Notes: generated by a model not told the origin, from the sequence alone. A DNA stretch of 64,000 nt from Octopus sinensis (GCF_006345805.1 NC_043001.1:67952001-68016000); one strand, 5' to 3'. Counted from the stretch's first letter, positions 14,230 to 27,976 are shown. Program-made: numbers and translations.

Positions 14230-16400
14230 TCCAGGATTGCCCTGATCACCAAAGACACGAACCCTCTCTCAACTATTGCTCTCCAATTTATAGGCGCCAT
14301 TCACTCTAACCAGTTTTGCCAGTCATCCCTTTTATCACAAATTCACTTGGAGGTGGCACTTCCCTCTCCACCCTCACTTTCCTTTCTCAAGTCGAACATA
14401 AAAAAAAAGTCAATGAGGGCTTGGTTGAAGAGGAAGGTGTTTTTACTCAATCCTTTCAGCCTCGTTTACCACACAACCTCTTTCGTCATAGCCACTAAAC
14501 AGAGGAATACTGCTTGTCCTACCTTGTTAAAGGCAGCTGGTGGGGGGATCCTCATGATGGATTCGGCCGATAGTCGGATTCGTCCTACTCGCGATAACAG
14601 CTGTTCGATATAACTCGGACAATACATGAGTGCGTGCATAACGGTTTCGTCGCTCTGCAAGCATCCTGGACTGTACTGCCTGGCAGTACTTCCGTACCTA
14701 TAAAGCAGACAGTACTCATCGGTAGCATTTCCAGGCCTGGAAATTCTAGAAATTATCCATGGTGGTACAGGGCCCGAATGTCCTCCCAAACAGATCTACT
14801 ATTTCATCTTCGTTGACACCAAGATTTTCCCCGAGAACGTCCTCGCCCTTACTAACGTAAAACTTCTATCGATCGCTTTGCCAGACTGGTTGAGGGCAGC
14901 GTGCGCCTGATGATATTCTAGGCCTTTCTTGGACAAATCTTGCACATCTATTAAGGTGACGAGCTACGGAAAGGTATGTGTTACAAACGGAGACCACACT
15001 GGCTCGCTGTATAGAAAAAAGCTATATGTGGCGCATATAGCAGAACACATCCTTTTCAGAGAAACAGAAATGTGAACACTTCAGTCTGGCCACACGTGAA
15101 CCGGGACATATTACAAGGGTCAGACGGTCAGTTATTAGGGAAGCGATGAGATCATTCGCCACCTTTGCCCGTTTTTAATCTCATTCCGGTGGTATGGGCC
15201 AAACCAGACTCTGAGAAATTTCCTCGATCTGCTATAATGTTTGTTGACATAGACTTGCTTCTCCAGTTGCAAGCCTATCGCCTTGTTCGGATTTATCTTT
15301 GCTCCTGCCATCGCTTTGCATTACTTTAAAATGGAATCGACTACCTGAACTTCTGTGCTGTCTGTCATCATTACCGTGGGGTCATCCGTATACACCGACA
15401 CAGCTCTCCCGCATCCCAGTTCTAGTTTCGCAGCAAAGGATCGAGAACCAGAATATTCTGATGAGATGAAAGAGGACACCCATAACAGATCATGGTATTT
15501 TCCAGTTATCTTTTATTCTTTGACCGCTACATTCATGTCCGCAGATGTAGCTATATCTATGATAGAGTACTCTTTTCTCCTTATCAAGAACGATAATATC
15601 TGGTCGCGTGGCATGAATTTCGCGATCATTTTGTACATTAAAATTTCATAAGATCTCGCATTGGTCGTTCTCTATTATCCGTTCTGGTTGATGTTCGTAC
15701 TGTTTCCTTCTTTAAAACATTTTTGCCGTAATATGTTCTAGTGTAGTACCTTGGCCACACAGTCGTGTCTGTGTCTATATTCCTTCTGCGCCAAAGGACT
15801 ACAAGAATTTATATACATAATGGATTCCTCTTTCTCATTACATAGTCTACGCTTCGCACTTTTCGCGGATTTATCTAATTTGGCCTTAATGATATTCGTC
15901 TGCAATAACTGACTTTGAGTAGCTGTTATGAGTCCCGTTTCTTTAGTAAGGTCTCTATTCTTCAGCCATAATCAAGGCTCCTCTGCTGCGACGTCCTGTG
16001 TTTGACTGAGATACTGATGGCGTTGTTCTTTTCCCCAGTTGTTTCATTGTCGCACCTGTTTCCTTCTTTTCTTGTATTTCGTTACTGCTTCCGCAGCCTC
16101 TTTCTCCTCTGCTCTGGCAGCTGAAATTCTGGGATGTTTCTCTCACAATTTAGTGTATTTTGTTTTGCAATCTCCACACTGCCTTCTATTGATATCAGAC
16201 CTCCACACCTTTTCAGTGGTAGGTATAATCTATCGACATTGAGCTAATCACCCCTTTTACTCTCTTGAGATATTCATTTTTCATTTCCTCGTTCATTTCT
16301 TGGCAGACGATCTATCTGTCTCCAGTACACCCTCATTCATTGTTCCGATCAATGTCTTGTAGGGAGCTTAATCCCTTCTGACTTGGGTATTTCCCTCTTT
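14230..16400 (-). mobile_element. Old, internally deleted Tx1-like LINE (endonuclease/RT/zinc-knuckle remnants)
   Basis: Minus-strand CLQSDETVMHALMYCP...EQLLSRVGRIRLSAESI...VAMTKEVVW and ...GAKINPNKAIGLQL match the 47.8-62.1 kb family, with many stops. Confidence 0.75.
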
Positions 16401-16479
16401 TTATCAGTAACATCGTACATTTATCTATCCCAAACTCCATGGCAATGCCATCACTCACAACTCTAACAGTCTGTACAAG

Positions 16480-16820
16480 TGAATTAAAGCTTTCTCACTT
16501 TTGGCAAATAATTTCAGGTCGTCGATAAAATAAGTACCAGTTGAGCACTGGTATCGATGTAATCAACTTAGCCTCTCCCTTGAAATTGCTGGCCTTGTGC
16601 CAAAATTTGAAACCATTATCATTATCGTTAACACACCGGGCAAAATGCTTTGCAGCATTTCATCCTTCCTTACCTTCTGAGTTCAAATTTCGCCGAGGTC
16701 GGCTTTGCCTTACATCCTTTCGGAGTCGATAAAATAAGTACCAGTTCAACACTTGGGTCAATTTAATCAACTTAGCCCAAACCTACCCCAAACCTGCTGG
16801 CCTTGTACCAAAATTTGAAA
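16480..16820 (+). mobile_element. tRNA-derived SINE fragments (two partial tandem copies)
   Basis: GTCGATAAAATAAGTACCAGTT...GGCCTTGTGCCAAAATTTG and TCTGAGTTCAAATTTCGCCGAGGTCG. Confidence 0.75.
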
Positions 16821-17339
16821 CTGGGGTAAAATATACGAAGGTCGATATACCCGTCATGACTACCCATCTGATAAAGGTACACTAGGCACATGCATCACAA
16901 TCATATGTGCGCGACATTGTGATCTCATATCAAGATAAACATCCCATGACCTTGCGTTGGGGTCCTGTTAGAATTTTCTTCAGGTTGGGTACTCTAACTC
17001 GCTTAAAAGGTCCCTGAATAAGGTTTGTTTAAGGATGATGAACAAAACACCCATGTTTCCAGAGGTGAATAATTCAGACCCCAAAGAATTCCTCTCAACA
17101 CATGGCTATGATGCTCCCACACTACTTCTGCTCGTGATCAGAGATGCACATATCGTCAGCCACTAAAGGCATACTCAACTGGTTAAGGTGAAACAACTGC
17201 CAAGCAAATCTGTGGTATTGAGCAGAATATTTGCTGTAGCCCATCTTTTATACCAAGACAAAACAAGGTACATGATAACACTTCTAATCAGTTAAGATCA
17301 GAAGCCATGAGAGCCACTGCCTGGTACTGCATTAGGGCA

Positions 17340-17426
<87 letters not shown>

Positions 17427-18331
17427 GATCATGATCATGATCATCATCGTCATCATCATCATCATCGTCATCATCATCGTCATCGTCATCGTCATCGTCA
17501 TCATCATCATTATTATTATTGAGTGAGAAAGCAGTGCATACCATCAAAGTGACACTGGGGTAAGATATACGAAGTCCAGTATACCCATCATGACTACTCA
17601 TTTCATAAGGGTACGCAAGGCACATGCATCACAACCATATGTGCGCGACATGGAGACCTCATATCAAGATAAACAGCACATGACCTTGCAGGTGGGCCCA
17701 GTTAGAATTTTCTTCTGGTCGAGTAACCCATCCCGCTCAAAAGGTCCCTGAATAAGGGTTGTTTAAGGATGTTGAACGAACCACCCATGTTTCCAAAGGT
17801 GAATTATTCAAACCCCAAGGAATCCCTCTTAACACAAGGCTATGATGCTCCCCCGCTACTTCTGCTCGTGATCAGAGATGAACTTATCGTCAGCCACTAA
17901 GGAACGTGCTCAACTGGTTAAAGTGAAACAACTGCCAAGCAAATCTGTGGTTTTAGCAGAATATTTGCTGTAGCCCATCTTTTATACCAAGACAAAACAA
18001 TGTACATGATAACACTTCCAATCAGTTAAGATCAGAAGCGACGAGAGCCACTGCCTGGTACTGCATCAGGGCATTTTTCACCCCCCACCTCCTCCTCACC
18101 ACCACCATCATCATCATCATCATCATCATCATCCCTGAATAAGGGTTGTTTAAGGATGTTGAACGAACCACCCATGTTTCCAAAGATGAATTATTCAAAC
18201 CCCAAGGAATCCCTCTTAACACAAGGCTATGATGCTCCCCGACTACTTCTGCTCGTGATCAGAGATGCACTTATCGTCAGCCACTAAAGGACATGCTCAA
18301 CTGGTTAAGGTGAAGCAACTGACAAGCAAAT
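16820..18331 (-). mobile_element. Three copies (16820-17340, 17521-18074, partial 18133-18331) of a ~550-bp noncoding element associated with (TAA)n
   Basis: Near-identical blocks separated by (TTA)n/(ATC)n or CCA/ATC tracts; no ORF. Strand is assigned by inference so that the element ends ...CTCTCACTC-(AAT)n. Confidence 0.85.
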
Positions 18332-18333
18332 AC

Positions 18334-18394
<61 letters not shown>

Positions 18395-18420
18395 GTAATA
18401 ATAGTAATAATAATAATAAT

Positions 18421-19336
18421 AAAAAAACAAATGAAATCCAAACTAAAAATAGAACAGCAACGAACCATGATAAAACGATGGCAAGAAAAGCCTCTTCATG
18501 GTAAATACTGGACTAAACTAAACGCAAAATAAATAGACAAAGAAAAATCCCAGCAATGGTTGAGAAGCTCAGGACTCAAATCAGAGACGGAGGGATTTTT
18601 AATTGCAGCACAAGACCAACGCCTCCCCACCAGAAATTACCAAAACATGTAATGAAAAGAAATATAACAAGTAACTGTAGAATATGTGGAGATGGACAAG
18701 AAACAATAAATCATATTATCTCTGGCTGCTCAGTCCTGGCTAAGAAGGAATATATTCACAGACATGACAGAGTTGGAACCTACATACACTGGAAGCTATG
18801 CCAACATTATGGAATAACAACAGAAAAAAGATGGTATAGGCACACACCAGAAAAGGTCACAGAAAACGAGAAAGCAACCATACTCTGGGATATGCCGATA
18901 CACACAGATAGAGAAATTAAGGCCAACATACCAGATATAGTTGTCAGCGATCATGAAGAAAAAAATGCTTTCTACTTGATGTATCAATACCGGCAGATGA
19001 CAACGTGTCTCTAAAAGAAATGGAGAAACTTTCAAAATACAAAGACCTGGAAATAGAAGTAAACAGAATGTGGAATCTAAAAACAAACAATTCCTATCAT
19101 AGTAGGTGCATTAGGCATGATAAAAAAATATTCAGACAAATACATAACAAAAACACTAGGACTTATAAACACATATAACATACAGGAAATTGCACTACTA
19201 GGCACTGCATACATCCTACGCAGAACACTTTCCATACAATAACCATCAGAGCATCACAACAAATCACAGCACATACCTAAGGCACACAGAGCTGCGCTCG
19301 GTAGTGAAGTGAAAGCACGCTATAAAAATAAAACTA

Positions 19337-19339
<3 letters not shown>
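18421..19339 (+). mobile_element. 5'-truncated R4/Dong-like non-LTR retrotransposon (CCHC plus RLE domain), frameshifted, between (AAT)n tracts
   Basis: WQEKPLHGKY, CRICGDGQETINHIISGC, RHDRVG, ILWDMPIHTDREIKANIPDIVV, KYKDLEIE, GALG. (AAT)n lies on both sides. Confidence 0.9.
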
Positions 19340-19425
<86 letters not shown>

Positions 19426-19434
19426 CAACAATAA

Positions 19435-20536
19435 CATCTCGTGCGAACACGAAAGCAGCAAAAAGCTGCATTCTATTGTCAAGGAAGCTTATAAGTTCGA
19501 AAGGGAACTAGACATTAACCTTGAATCAGATGAAGAGCCGGAAACCACTGCTACCAGGCAAGCAAAGCGAATCAAGCAGACTGCAAAAAAGAACGGGCAG
19601 AATCAAATTGAGAGGCGGTGGAGCCACAAGCCCCTGCATGGATAATATATTCTCCGAAGCCAAAATGCTGATGTAGACCAAGCAACAACCCATCAGTGGC
19701 TGAAGAGTTCAGGATTGAAAGCAGAGACTGAAGGCTTCATACTGGCAGCACAAGATCAAAGCTTGTTTACCAGAAATTACCAGGCTAACGTTCTCCGAAA
19801 CGGTACTGACCCTAAATGCAGATTCTGCGACACATTTGACGAAACAATAGACCATCTCGTTTCGGGATGTCCTGTGCTGACACCAAACGAAAACAAAAAT
19901 CGCCACGATAGGGTAGGACAGTATATACATTGGAAGATATGTAAACACTACAAATTCGGCACTCCTGCTAACTGGTATGAACACCATCCTCAGCTAGTTG
20001 TTGAAGGTAAAAATGTCACCATCCTCTGGGATTTTCCAGTCAACACTGACAGAACGATCAAGGCTAATCGACCAGACATAATTGTTAAAGACAGGGAAGA
20101 AAATACCTGCAGACTAATAGAGGTAAGCGTCCCCACTGATAAAAATATATCTGTAAAGGAATTTGACAAACTTAGTAAATATAAGGACCTGGAAATCGAA
20201 ATACAAAAGATGTGGAATCTTAAAACAAAAACTGTTCCTGTTATTGTAGGTGCCCTAGGTATGATAAAAAAGGGATGTCAGAAACACCTAGACAATATCC
20301 CTGGAGAACCATGTCTGAAGGAAATCCAAAAGATTGTGCTAACAAGTACTGCCCACATCCTTAGAAAAACCCTATCAATGTAAATGTTTGTGTTGTATTA
20401 CATGGAGTTATTTGTCTACTTCCCCTCCCCAAGCTTTCAGCTATATTTCAACAACTCTTAACCTTCACTTGCCCTAGAGCGCTGGGTGTGCCCCGGCAAG
20501 TGATTGCATCAAACATGCAGATTAAAAGTAGATGGC
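19435..20536 (+). mobile_element. Second, distinct 5'-truncated R4/Dong-like element between (AAT)n tracts
   Basis: Same domain architecture as 18421-19339 but a clearly different DNA sequence and 3' UTR. (AAT)n at 19340-19434 and 20537-20653. Confidence 0.9.
19715..20383 (+). CDS. Open C-terminal part of an RLE retrotransposon ORF (zinc knuckle plus restriction-like endonuclease)
   Basis: CRFCDTFDETIDHLVSGC; RPDIIVKD...LIEVSVP...KLSKYKDL (PD..D/E..K-type RLE motif). Confidence 0.85.
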   Translation: MKAETEGFILAAQDQSLFTRNYQANVLRNGTDPKCRFCDTFDETIDHLVSGCPVLTPNENKNRHDRVGQYIHWKICKHYKFGTPANWYEHHPQLVVEGKNVTILWDFPVNTDRTIKANRPDIIVKDREENTCRLIEVSVPTDKNISVKEFDKLSKYKDLEIEIQKMWNLKTKTVPVIVGALGMIKKGCQKHLDNIPGEPCLKEIQKIVLTSTAHILRKTLSM

Positions 20537-20653
<117 letters not shown>

Positions 20654-21144
20654 GTGGTAATATTTGCTGTAGCCCATCTTGTCTTGGTATAAAAGATGGG
20701 CTACAGCAAATATTCTGCTCAATACCATAGATTTGCTTGTCAGTTGTTTGACCTTAACCAGTTGATCATGTCCCTTAGTGGCTGACGATATGTGCATCTC
20801 TGATCACGAGCAGAAGTAGTGGGGGAGCATCATAGCCATGTGTTGAGAGGGATTCTTTGGGGTTTGAATAGTTCACCTCTGGAAACATGGGTGGTTCTTT
20901 CAACAACCTTATTCAGGGACCGTTTGAGCGGGATGGGCTACTCAACCTGAAGAAAATTCTAACTGGGCCCCACCTGCAAGGTCATGTGCTGTTTATCTTG
21001 ATATGAGATCACCATGTCGCGCACATATGGTTGTGATGCATGTGCCTGGTGTACCTTTATCAGACGGGTAGTCATGATGGGTATATTGGGCTTCGTATAT
21101 TTTACCCCAGTGTCACTTTGATGGCATGCACTGCTCTCTCACTC
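20654..21144 (+). mobile_element. Fourth copy of the ~550-bp (TAA)n-associated element, with a fold-back at its truncated end
   Basis: Reverse complement of the 17521-18074 block; followed by (AAT)n. Confidence 0.85.
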
Positions 21145-21186
<42 letters not shown>

Positions 21187-21199
21187 TATTATTATTATT

Positions 21200-21755
21200 G
21201 AGTGAGAGAGCAGTGCATGCCATTAAAGTGATACTGGGGTAAAATACACGAAGCCCAGTATACCCATCATGACTACTCGTCTGATAAGGGTACACCAGGC
21301 ACATGCATCACAACTATATATGCGCGACATGGTGATCTCATATCAAGATAAAGAGCGCATGAACTTGCATGTGGGGCCCAGTTAGAATTTTCTTCTGGTC
21401 GAGTAGCCCATCCCGCTCAAAAGGTCCCTGAATAAGGATTGTTTAAGGATGTTTAACGAACCACCCATGTTTCCAAAAGTGAATTATCCAAACCTCCAAG
21501 AATTCCTTTCGACACACGGCTATGATGCTCCCCGACTACTTCTGTTGGTGATCAGAGATGCACATATCGTCAGCCACTAAGGGATATGGTCAACTGGTTA
21601 AGGTCAAACAACCGACAAGAAAATCTGTGGTATTGAGCAGAATATTTGCTGTAGCCCGTCTTTTATACCAAGACAAAACAATGTATATGATAACACTTCC
21701 AATCAGTTAAGATCAGAAGCCATGAGAGCCACTGTCTGGTACTGCATCAGGGCAT
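21200..21755 (-). mobile_element. Fifth copy of the ~550-bp (TAA)n-associated element
   Basis: Same orientation and sequence as 17521-18074; (TTA)n on both sides. Confidence 0.85.
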
Positions 21756-21777
21756 TTTATTATTATTATTATTATTA

Positions 21778-21824
<47 letters not shown>

Positions 21825-22329
21825 ATTTCAAATTTTTTCACAAAGTCAGCAATTTTATAGGAAGGGACTCCAAGTGCTCAACTGGTACCCATTGTTACCG
21901 ATACCGAATGATGAAAGGCAAAGTGGCGCTAAGTAGGGTCTGAACTAAGGAGAGAAAATGAGAAATGCCCCTAGGTGTTTTCTCCGACAGTCTAACGAAT
22001 CTACCAGTTTACTACTGTTAATAATAATAATAGGCAAAATGATATGAAATAAAATAAATACGTTAAGTTTAAAAAAACACGTACAGTTACACCAACTGTA
22101 CTTGAGACAATCTTAATGTTTGTTTTGATGGTATTTTTTCAAGGTTAGCAGTTAGGTGTGAGGTTACTATTAGGGTTTATGATAATAAATGACAGCATTT
22201 GACAAATCGATAAGAATGTTTACAGGTGTAAACAGGCCAGTAGGTTAAGAGATAGCCAGACAGAAAGAGAGAGAGAAAGAGAGGGGAAGAGGGAGAGGGA
22301 GAGAGGAAGATAAAGGATGATTTGAAAGT

Positions 22330-22700
22330 TCAATGCCCCATATCGTTGGCTGTCTGACGTCAAGAAGAATCAGTGATTCACTGCACTCAAACTCATCTGA
22401 CTGATTTATCTGCAGGTTAGATAGTAATATTATTTGTGCGATAGATGAAGGTTTATTAAAGACTTTAATCTGTAGTGCCTTGGAGTAAGTTTTCCTTCAG
22501 ACATTCTAAAAGTTCGTTTTGTATTAGCGTCATATTAACATATCGCAAGCAGAGTGTGTATATAACAAATCTACACCACAGTGATAGTTTGTGGGAATTA
22601 AATAATTCAGCAATTTTCTCTGGTTTGGATAAGTTTTTATGCTTTGGGGAGACATAGCGATTGGAAAACCTACTCGTCAGAAGGAGAACATTCATCGAAT
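22330..22700 (-). mobile_element. Possible hAT-type transposase remnant
   Basis: Minus-strand TLIQNELLECL resembles the IQNELI motif of hAT/DUF4371 transposases; the rest is poorly conserved. Confidence 0.3.
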
Positions 22701-22889
22701 TTATTTAATGAAATAGTTAATATGAAATAGTTAATATAGGCGCAGGCGTGGCCTATATTAACTTTCCAACCACATGGTTCCGGGTTCAATCCCACTGTAT
22801 GGTACCTGGGGCACATCTGCATCCATGAGGTTTCTCCAATCGCTTCTCAAAGACTGTTTAAACATTTGGCATGCTCTTTTCTATTACCG

Positions 22890-23690
22890 ACTAGCAGCAT
22901 AGCCCGGCGTTGCCCGGGTATGTAAGAGCCCTTAGTAGGCAACGACTGATCCCAATCTAGTCCTTTCCCTCTAGGGAACGAAGGCGCATGTGTAAGTTGC
23001 AATGTCTTCTCTTCACTCGAATACTTCTGTGTATACGAATGTTCCTAGCTGTCCCTTTGGGCGATAAAAAGGTCGAGTTGTGTACCCTAGACAGTTTGTG
23101 TTTAATACACAAATCGGTTTGCTATGTGTGCCACATATAATTTAATTAACCGATTTTTTCCAGTAATAAAGTATCCTATTGGAATAAAATGGGCCATATA
23201 GCTCCTTGGAGCAGACATGATGCTCGCTGTGAATTTAAAAAAAAAATTCCTGCCAATTTGCGAAAGATATTGTCGAAAATATGTCATCTTGAATTTGAAC
23301 GCGATTTCCCAAAATGGCATGATTTTATCGATTTTTTCTGATGGTAAGGTATTGCATGGAAAACTAACATCAGAATTAAGTTTCTTAGGGTAACATTAAG
23401 CTTCACCATGAGTTTGGTGAAAATCGATTGCAAGTTTCGAAAACTACAACAGAAAATGTGTTGCATATAAAAAGCTTAGATTCTCGACCCCATGTCGAAT
23501 TTATCGATTATTTTCAGAACTGGGGAAACTTTTCAAAGTTTTCGCTGCGTTAGTTTTGAATTATGACATTGGGCTATGTGTGTGTCAAGTTTCATCAGAA
23601 TCGGTTGAAAGCCGTGGTCAGGGTGAGGGTGCAACCTGACAGACACACAGACAGACAAACTGCCGTTTATATATATATATAGATATAGAT
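22890..23690 (+). mobile_element. Non-autonomous Helitron/Helentron-associated (HINE/Lep1-like) element
   Basis: Starts ACTAGCAGCATAGCCCGGCGTTGCCCGGG (short 5' hairpin) and ends ACAGACACACAGACAGACAAAC...ATATAGAT before a T run. The same 5' end recurs at 27644. Confidence 0.6.
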
Positions 23691-24369
23691 TTTTAATAAA
23701 ATTTTCGTTTTTTTCTATTATTTTTTTTGGGGAATTCCTCATCTTTAAAATGTGGTCTGAGTAGACCCGAATGAAATCGGGTTATAATACCGAAACAAGT
23801 AAAACAATAAAAAGACTATGCTAATCTAATCCCGAGCAAGTAAGGTACCGGGGAGTTTCTCTGCTAGTAAGTCTATATAATGATAAAAACTTTTATCTGA
23901 CGAAGTAGGTAATGTCTTAATGGAAACTTTTAAAATGTTCCAATGAAGTATTCATCAACTTTGACGGATTTTATCTTAAGCCAATTAGCAAACCTCTTCG
24001 TCGTTATTGAAGCCGCTGAAATAGCAGCTTAATCTCCCTCAAACCACATCTGCGTTCTTAAATACAGAGGTATACATTCGATAATATTTGAAGAGGTCGA
24101 AATAATTACAGCTAGAAAACCTTTAATTATGTCTGCTCTGTCAGGGCTGTCCAGGGTTAAAAATGATGATGATGATGATGATGGTGACATTTTTAGGTAT
24201 CTTAAATTTGTGAAGACAGCGTTGACTTAATACTAGATTATTGACTGATTCAAAAACTAAAGGTATCGGATAGGTGACAGGTCAATAACTGGGAACTTAG
24301 AACTAATTAAATAACAAATTGAGAGACAAATAGAATCGCTGAATGTTGTGAAGAAGACACAGATTTTCT

Positions 24370-24600
24370 TGTGGTTGTTATTGTTACGTTTGTTGTTGTT
24401 GTTGTTAGTAGTAGTCTTAGTGTTGTTAGTGTTGTAGTTGCTGTTGTTAATGTTGCTCTTGTTGGTGTTTTGTTGTTGCTAGAGGTGATGTTATTGTTGT
24501 TTATAGTGTTGGTGCTATTAGTTTTGGTAGTGTTGTTGCTGTTGGTGTTGTTGATAGAACTGTTGGTTTTGTTAATGTTATTCTTATTGGTGTTGTTGCT
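24370..24600. repeat. Cryptic (GTT/GTG/GTA)n low-complexity tract
   Basis: Direct inspection; source of the L/V-rich and N/T-rich pseudo-ORFs. Confidence 0.9.
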
Positions 24601-24702
24601 GTTTGGGTCTAAGTCTAAGTCAGACCCAACCAAGCATGCCTATGATCTAACTATTTCAAAATTCCCTTCTCTGTTTCTTTTTTAATGTTTTAAAATCATT
24701 GA

Positions 24703-24952
24703 GGATGCATTGTCTAGTGGTTAGGGTGTTGCACTCACAATCGTAAGAATATGGTTTCGATTCCTGGACCGGGGAGTGCACTGTGTTCTTGAGAAAGCAC
24801 TTCATTTCATCGGTCATGAGAAACAGATGAAACCAATACCATATTTAAAAAAAATAACTACTATGTTCGATTTGTTTAACTACACCCTTCAAGATGGTAC
24901 CTTAGAATGGCCGAAGTCCAATGACTGAAACGAGTAAAAGATAAAAGATATC
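24703..24952 (+). mobile_element. tRNA-derived SINE (third family)
   Basis: TGTCTAGTGGTTAGG A-box, GGTTTCGATTCC B-box, 3' end ATGGCCGAAGTCCAATGACTGAAACGAGTAAAAGATAAAAG. Confidence 0.7.
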
Positions 24953-25782
24953 TGCAGACAGGCCGTTTCGAAATTATGCATATTATCAGTGCAGATTGCA
25001 AGTGTGCTGTTATTTTCAGGTGAGAAAGTCAGTGAACTTTTTTTGTAAATTAAAACTAAATGTAAAAACTACTTGTCACTTTTTTTTTTCTCTGCTATAG
25101 GCATAGAAGCACTTGAGCTAGATTCCGTGTGAAATATTTTCATCATACTTTGCATTGTGTCTGAGGGACATTCTACTCTAAGTGTATAATTTTGTTTCAG
25201 GTGAGGCCTGATTTCTGTATAAAGTTTTACTAGAATATGCTTTACAATTCCAACCAAGTGTTTACATATTTTTCCACTTCCTTAAACTTCATTTCATTTG
25301 GTATCTTCGCTGCCCTATTCATTTTATCACACGCATATAGGTAATGCGCCTTTTATTTCAAACTGATTATAATGTACTGTTTTACATTTCAAAGATGTAT
25401 TTTACATTGCAAGATGTATTTATTGATTACATTTTATAATTAAACAACCTTAAAATATCTAAAATATTTCTAGAACAAATTATGGCTAATACATTTCGAA
25501 TTCATGTTTCAAGTTACTACTGTTTGTCATTGTTTTCATTATATATAAATACATATCCATATAAAATTGTTTTATTATAATTGAACGTAAAAATAAACGT
25601 TAGTATGTGTTTGTGTGTGTATGTATGTGTGTGTATGTGTGTGTGTGTTTGTGAGTGTATTGTGTGTGCGAGTGTGTGTGTATGGTTCAAAATTATACAA
25701 AAATTTAAAATGCAAAACACAGACAAGTGAGGGAACAAGAAACAAGGTGTGTTAGTTTTACGTCCAGGCAAAATGGAAGAAA

Positions 25783-25820
25783 GTTTTGACGTTTCGAACC
25801 TATGCTCTTCTATTGAAAGG
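25783..25820 (-). ncRNA. Decayed hammerhead-like motif of the 10400/40714 family
   Basis: CCUUU-CAAUAGA-A-GAGC-AUAG-GUUC-GAAAC-GUC-AAAAC; the core is damaged. Confidence 0.35.
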
Positions 25821-27643
25821 AATAATTAGGGAAAACAAATGGAGATAGGAAAAAATAGCGAGAAAGAAACGTGTTCAGATTAACGGTTGCGCATGCTGAA
25901 TTGACCGGAAGGAAATAAGTGTTTAGAGACATGAGTGACAAGGGCGACAACAGTGACCTGGCTAATGTATGTGTGTGTGTATGTGTGTGTATAGGCGAGC
26001 GCGTATGTGTGTGCAGGCAAGTGCGTGTGTGAATGTGTGAGGTTGTCTAGCGGATGTGTGAGAGGCTATCAGATATGTCTGTGTGCAAGCATCTGAGTGT
26101 AGAGGCAAATGTGTACGTGTATCTTGTGTGCGAGTAGCGTCTGTGTGTGTGCATGTGTTCTTGTATCGTTTTTAGGTGCATGTGTAAGAAGCAGTCGGAC
26201 CTATGCAGGCGTGTGCGAGCGTATGTGTGCGCTTGTGTGTGTGTGTGCGTGTGGGGTTGGTTGAGGTGGGTGTGTTGGTGTGTATGTGTACATAGTGTGT
26301 GTGACACTGTTGTGTGCATATATATTATGTATGATTATGCGTGAATTTTATGTGTTAATGAGCGTCTATGCATGTGAGCGAATGTATGTGTCCCTGTTTT
26401 CAGTTGATGCGTGTAAATAACGCTGTTGGATAAAGTGTGTGTATATAAAGCTAATGTGTATGTAGATGAAGAGAGGTGAAGCATTGCGCCAGAGAACATA
26501 ACGATTTGAAAGTAATAATATACGCCAGAAGAATCCTGCTCTTCATACGTTAAGAATTCTTAACCGAGCAGTACACTTGATGTAAGCATGGGTTCTTCGA
26601 TGACGCAGAGGTTTGTGAACTAGCAGGTATATATATAGATCAAGACACAAAGCATTTTACGTAGCTTATTTTCCTTCATGACTTTTATTTTACACAAAAA
26701 CGACGCCTTAACCATAACAAAAGTCACCAACAACCAATCCCTAGACTAAGCAAAAGAAACAGGTTTTTAATTCTTTCGGTCTCAAAATTAAAACAGACAC
26801 TAGTTCAACGACTGTAGATTTTCCTGTTATCATCGGAACGAACCTTAAAACTAGTGCAAGACCGTTAGGAACCCAACGTTGCTTAAATACCTGTTGTTTG
26901 AGTCATGAAAACTGATTAGGGAACTACTTATGTATATATATATATATATGAAAGTGTTTTGGGAGTAGATTACAGATAATGACTACAAAATATAGTTGTT
27001 TTACATGAAAGCGAAATTTCTTGTCAGAAACAGCCACTTAAATGGTGTAATGAAATTGAAGGAAGACGTTGAAAATTGTCCCCTGCGAGTTTATTTTTTT
27101 CAACGGTAAAGGGAGCTATTTTTTCGGAGAGATACGCTAACAAACGCCCTTTTATTCTATCTTCCCACATAGCCTGCGCATAAACTAACAGCGAATGCTG
27201 CATAAAGTTAAATTGGTATGGAGCTTTCTGAACGATACGTATAGCTCCCGCTAGTTGAAGCAAAACGCTTATTTAAAGGTTGGGACGAATCGTATGTAAT
27301 TATTTAAAAAAGGCTAGAACGACAATGCTAAAACGTATTTGAAACAATGGACAACAGTCGAAATATCATAATGGATGGGTAAATAAGTATCCTTAAAGTG
27401 AAACAACGCATTAGTAAGTAAACAAAGGTATCAACAAATAGAAGAGAAGGAGGGAACATCACCTTTCAAATAACTCAGAATAGGTAAATGTAAGCTTGCC
27501 AAAGTTTAATGCAGTTTAAATATGGAGATTAAGATTGTTTGGTATTAGATATTCATCGCATACAGTGTTCCTAGTAAATTTAATCACCGTGGTAGGTTGA
27601 CAGTGGAAATAAATAGACAAAGTCCTTTCACTTTTATACAAAG

Positions 27644-27945
27644 ACTAGCAGTATAGCCCGGCTTTGCTCGGGATTAAGTTAAGATTATTAAGCTAATCAA
27701 GCTCTTTATTTCAAAGCAAACTAAGTAACATCGACGTCAAATTTGAGTGAAATCCGTTGAAATTGGTAAACTTTTGGCTGCAATTTTGCTGACAATTTGA
27801 TTGAGAAATCCCATAAGGAATCGGTTTCTCCATTTTTTCCACCCATCGATTGTTTTTTCTTCTTTTTTTTTCATTTAACTCCACTTTGCCCATAGGTTGA
27901 GAAGCGGTTATGTTCAGATCACAACTAAGTTTATATATATGGGCA

Positions 27946-27976
<31 letters not shown>

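Noticed and set aside
24307-24685. Hydrophobic 'membrane protein' ORF and its N/T-rich antisense ORF
   Set aside because: Both derive from a cryptic GTT-type repeat.
27028-27104. Possible plus-strand micro-exon (NSHLNGVMKLKEDVENCPLRVYFFQR) with AG/GT borders
   Set aside because: No recognisable homology and no partner exons; such borders arise by chance.
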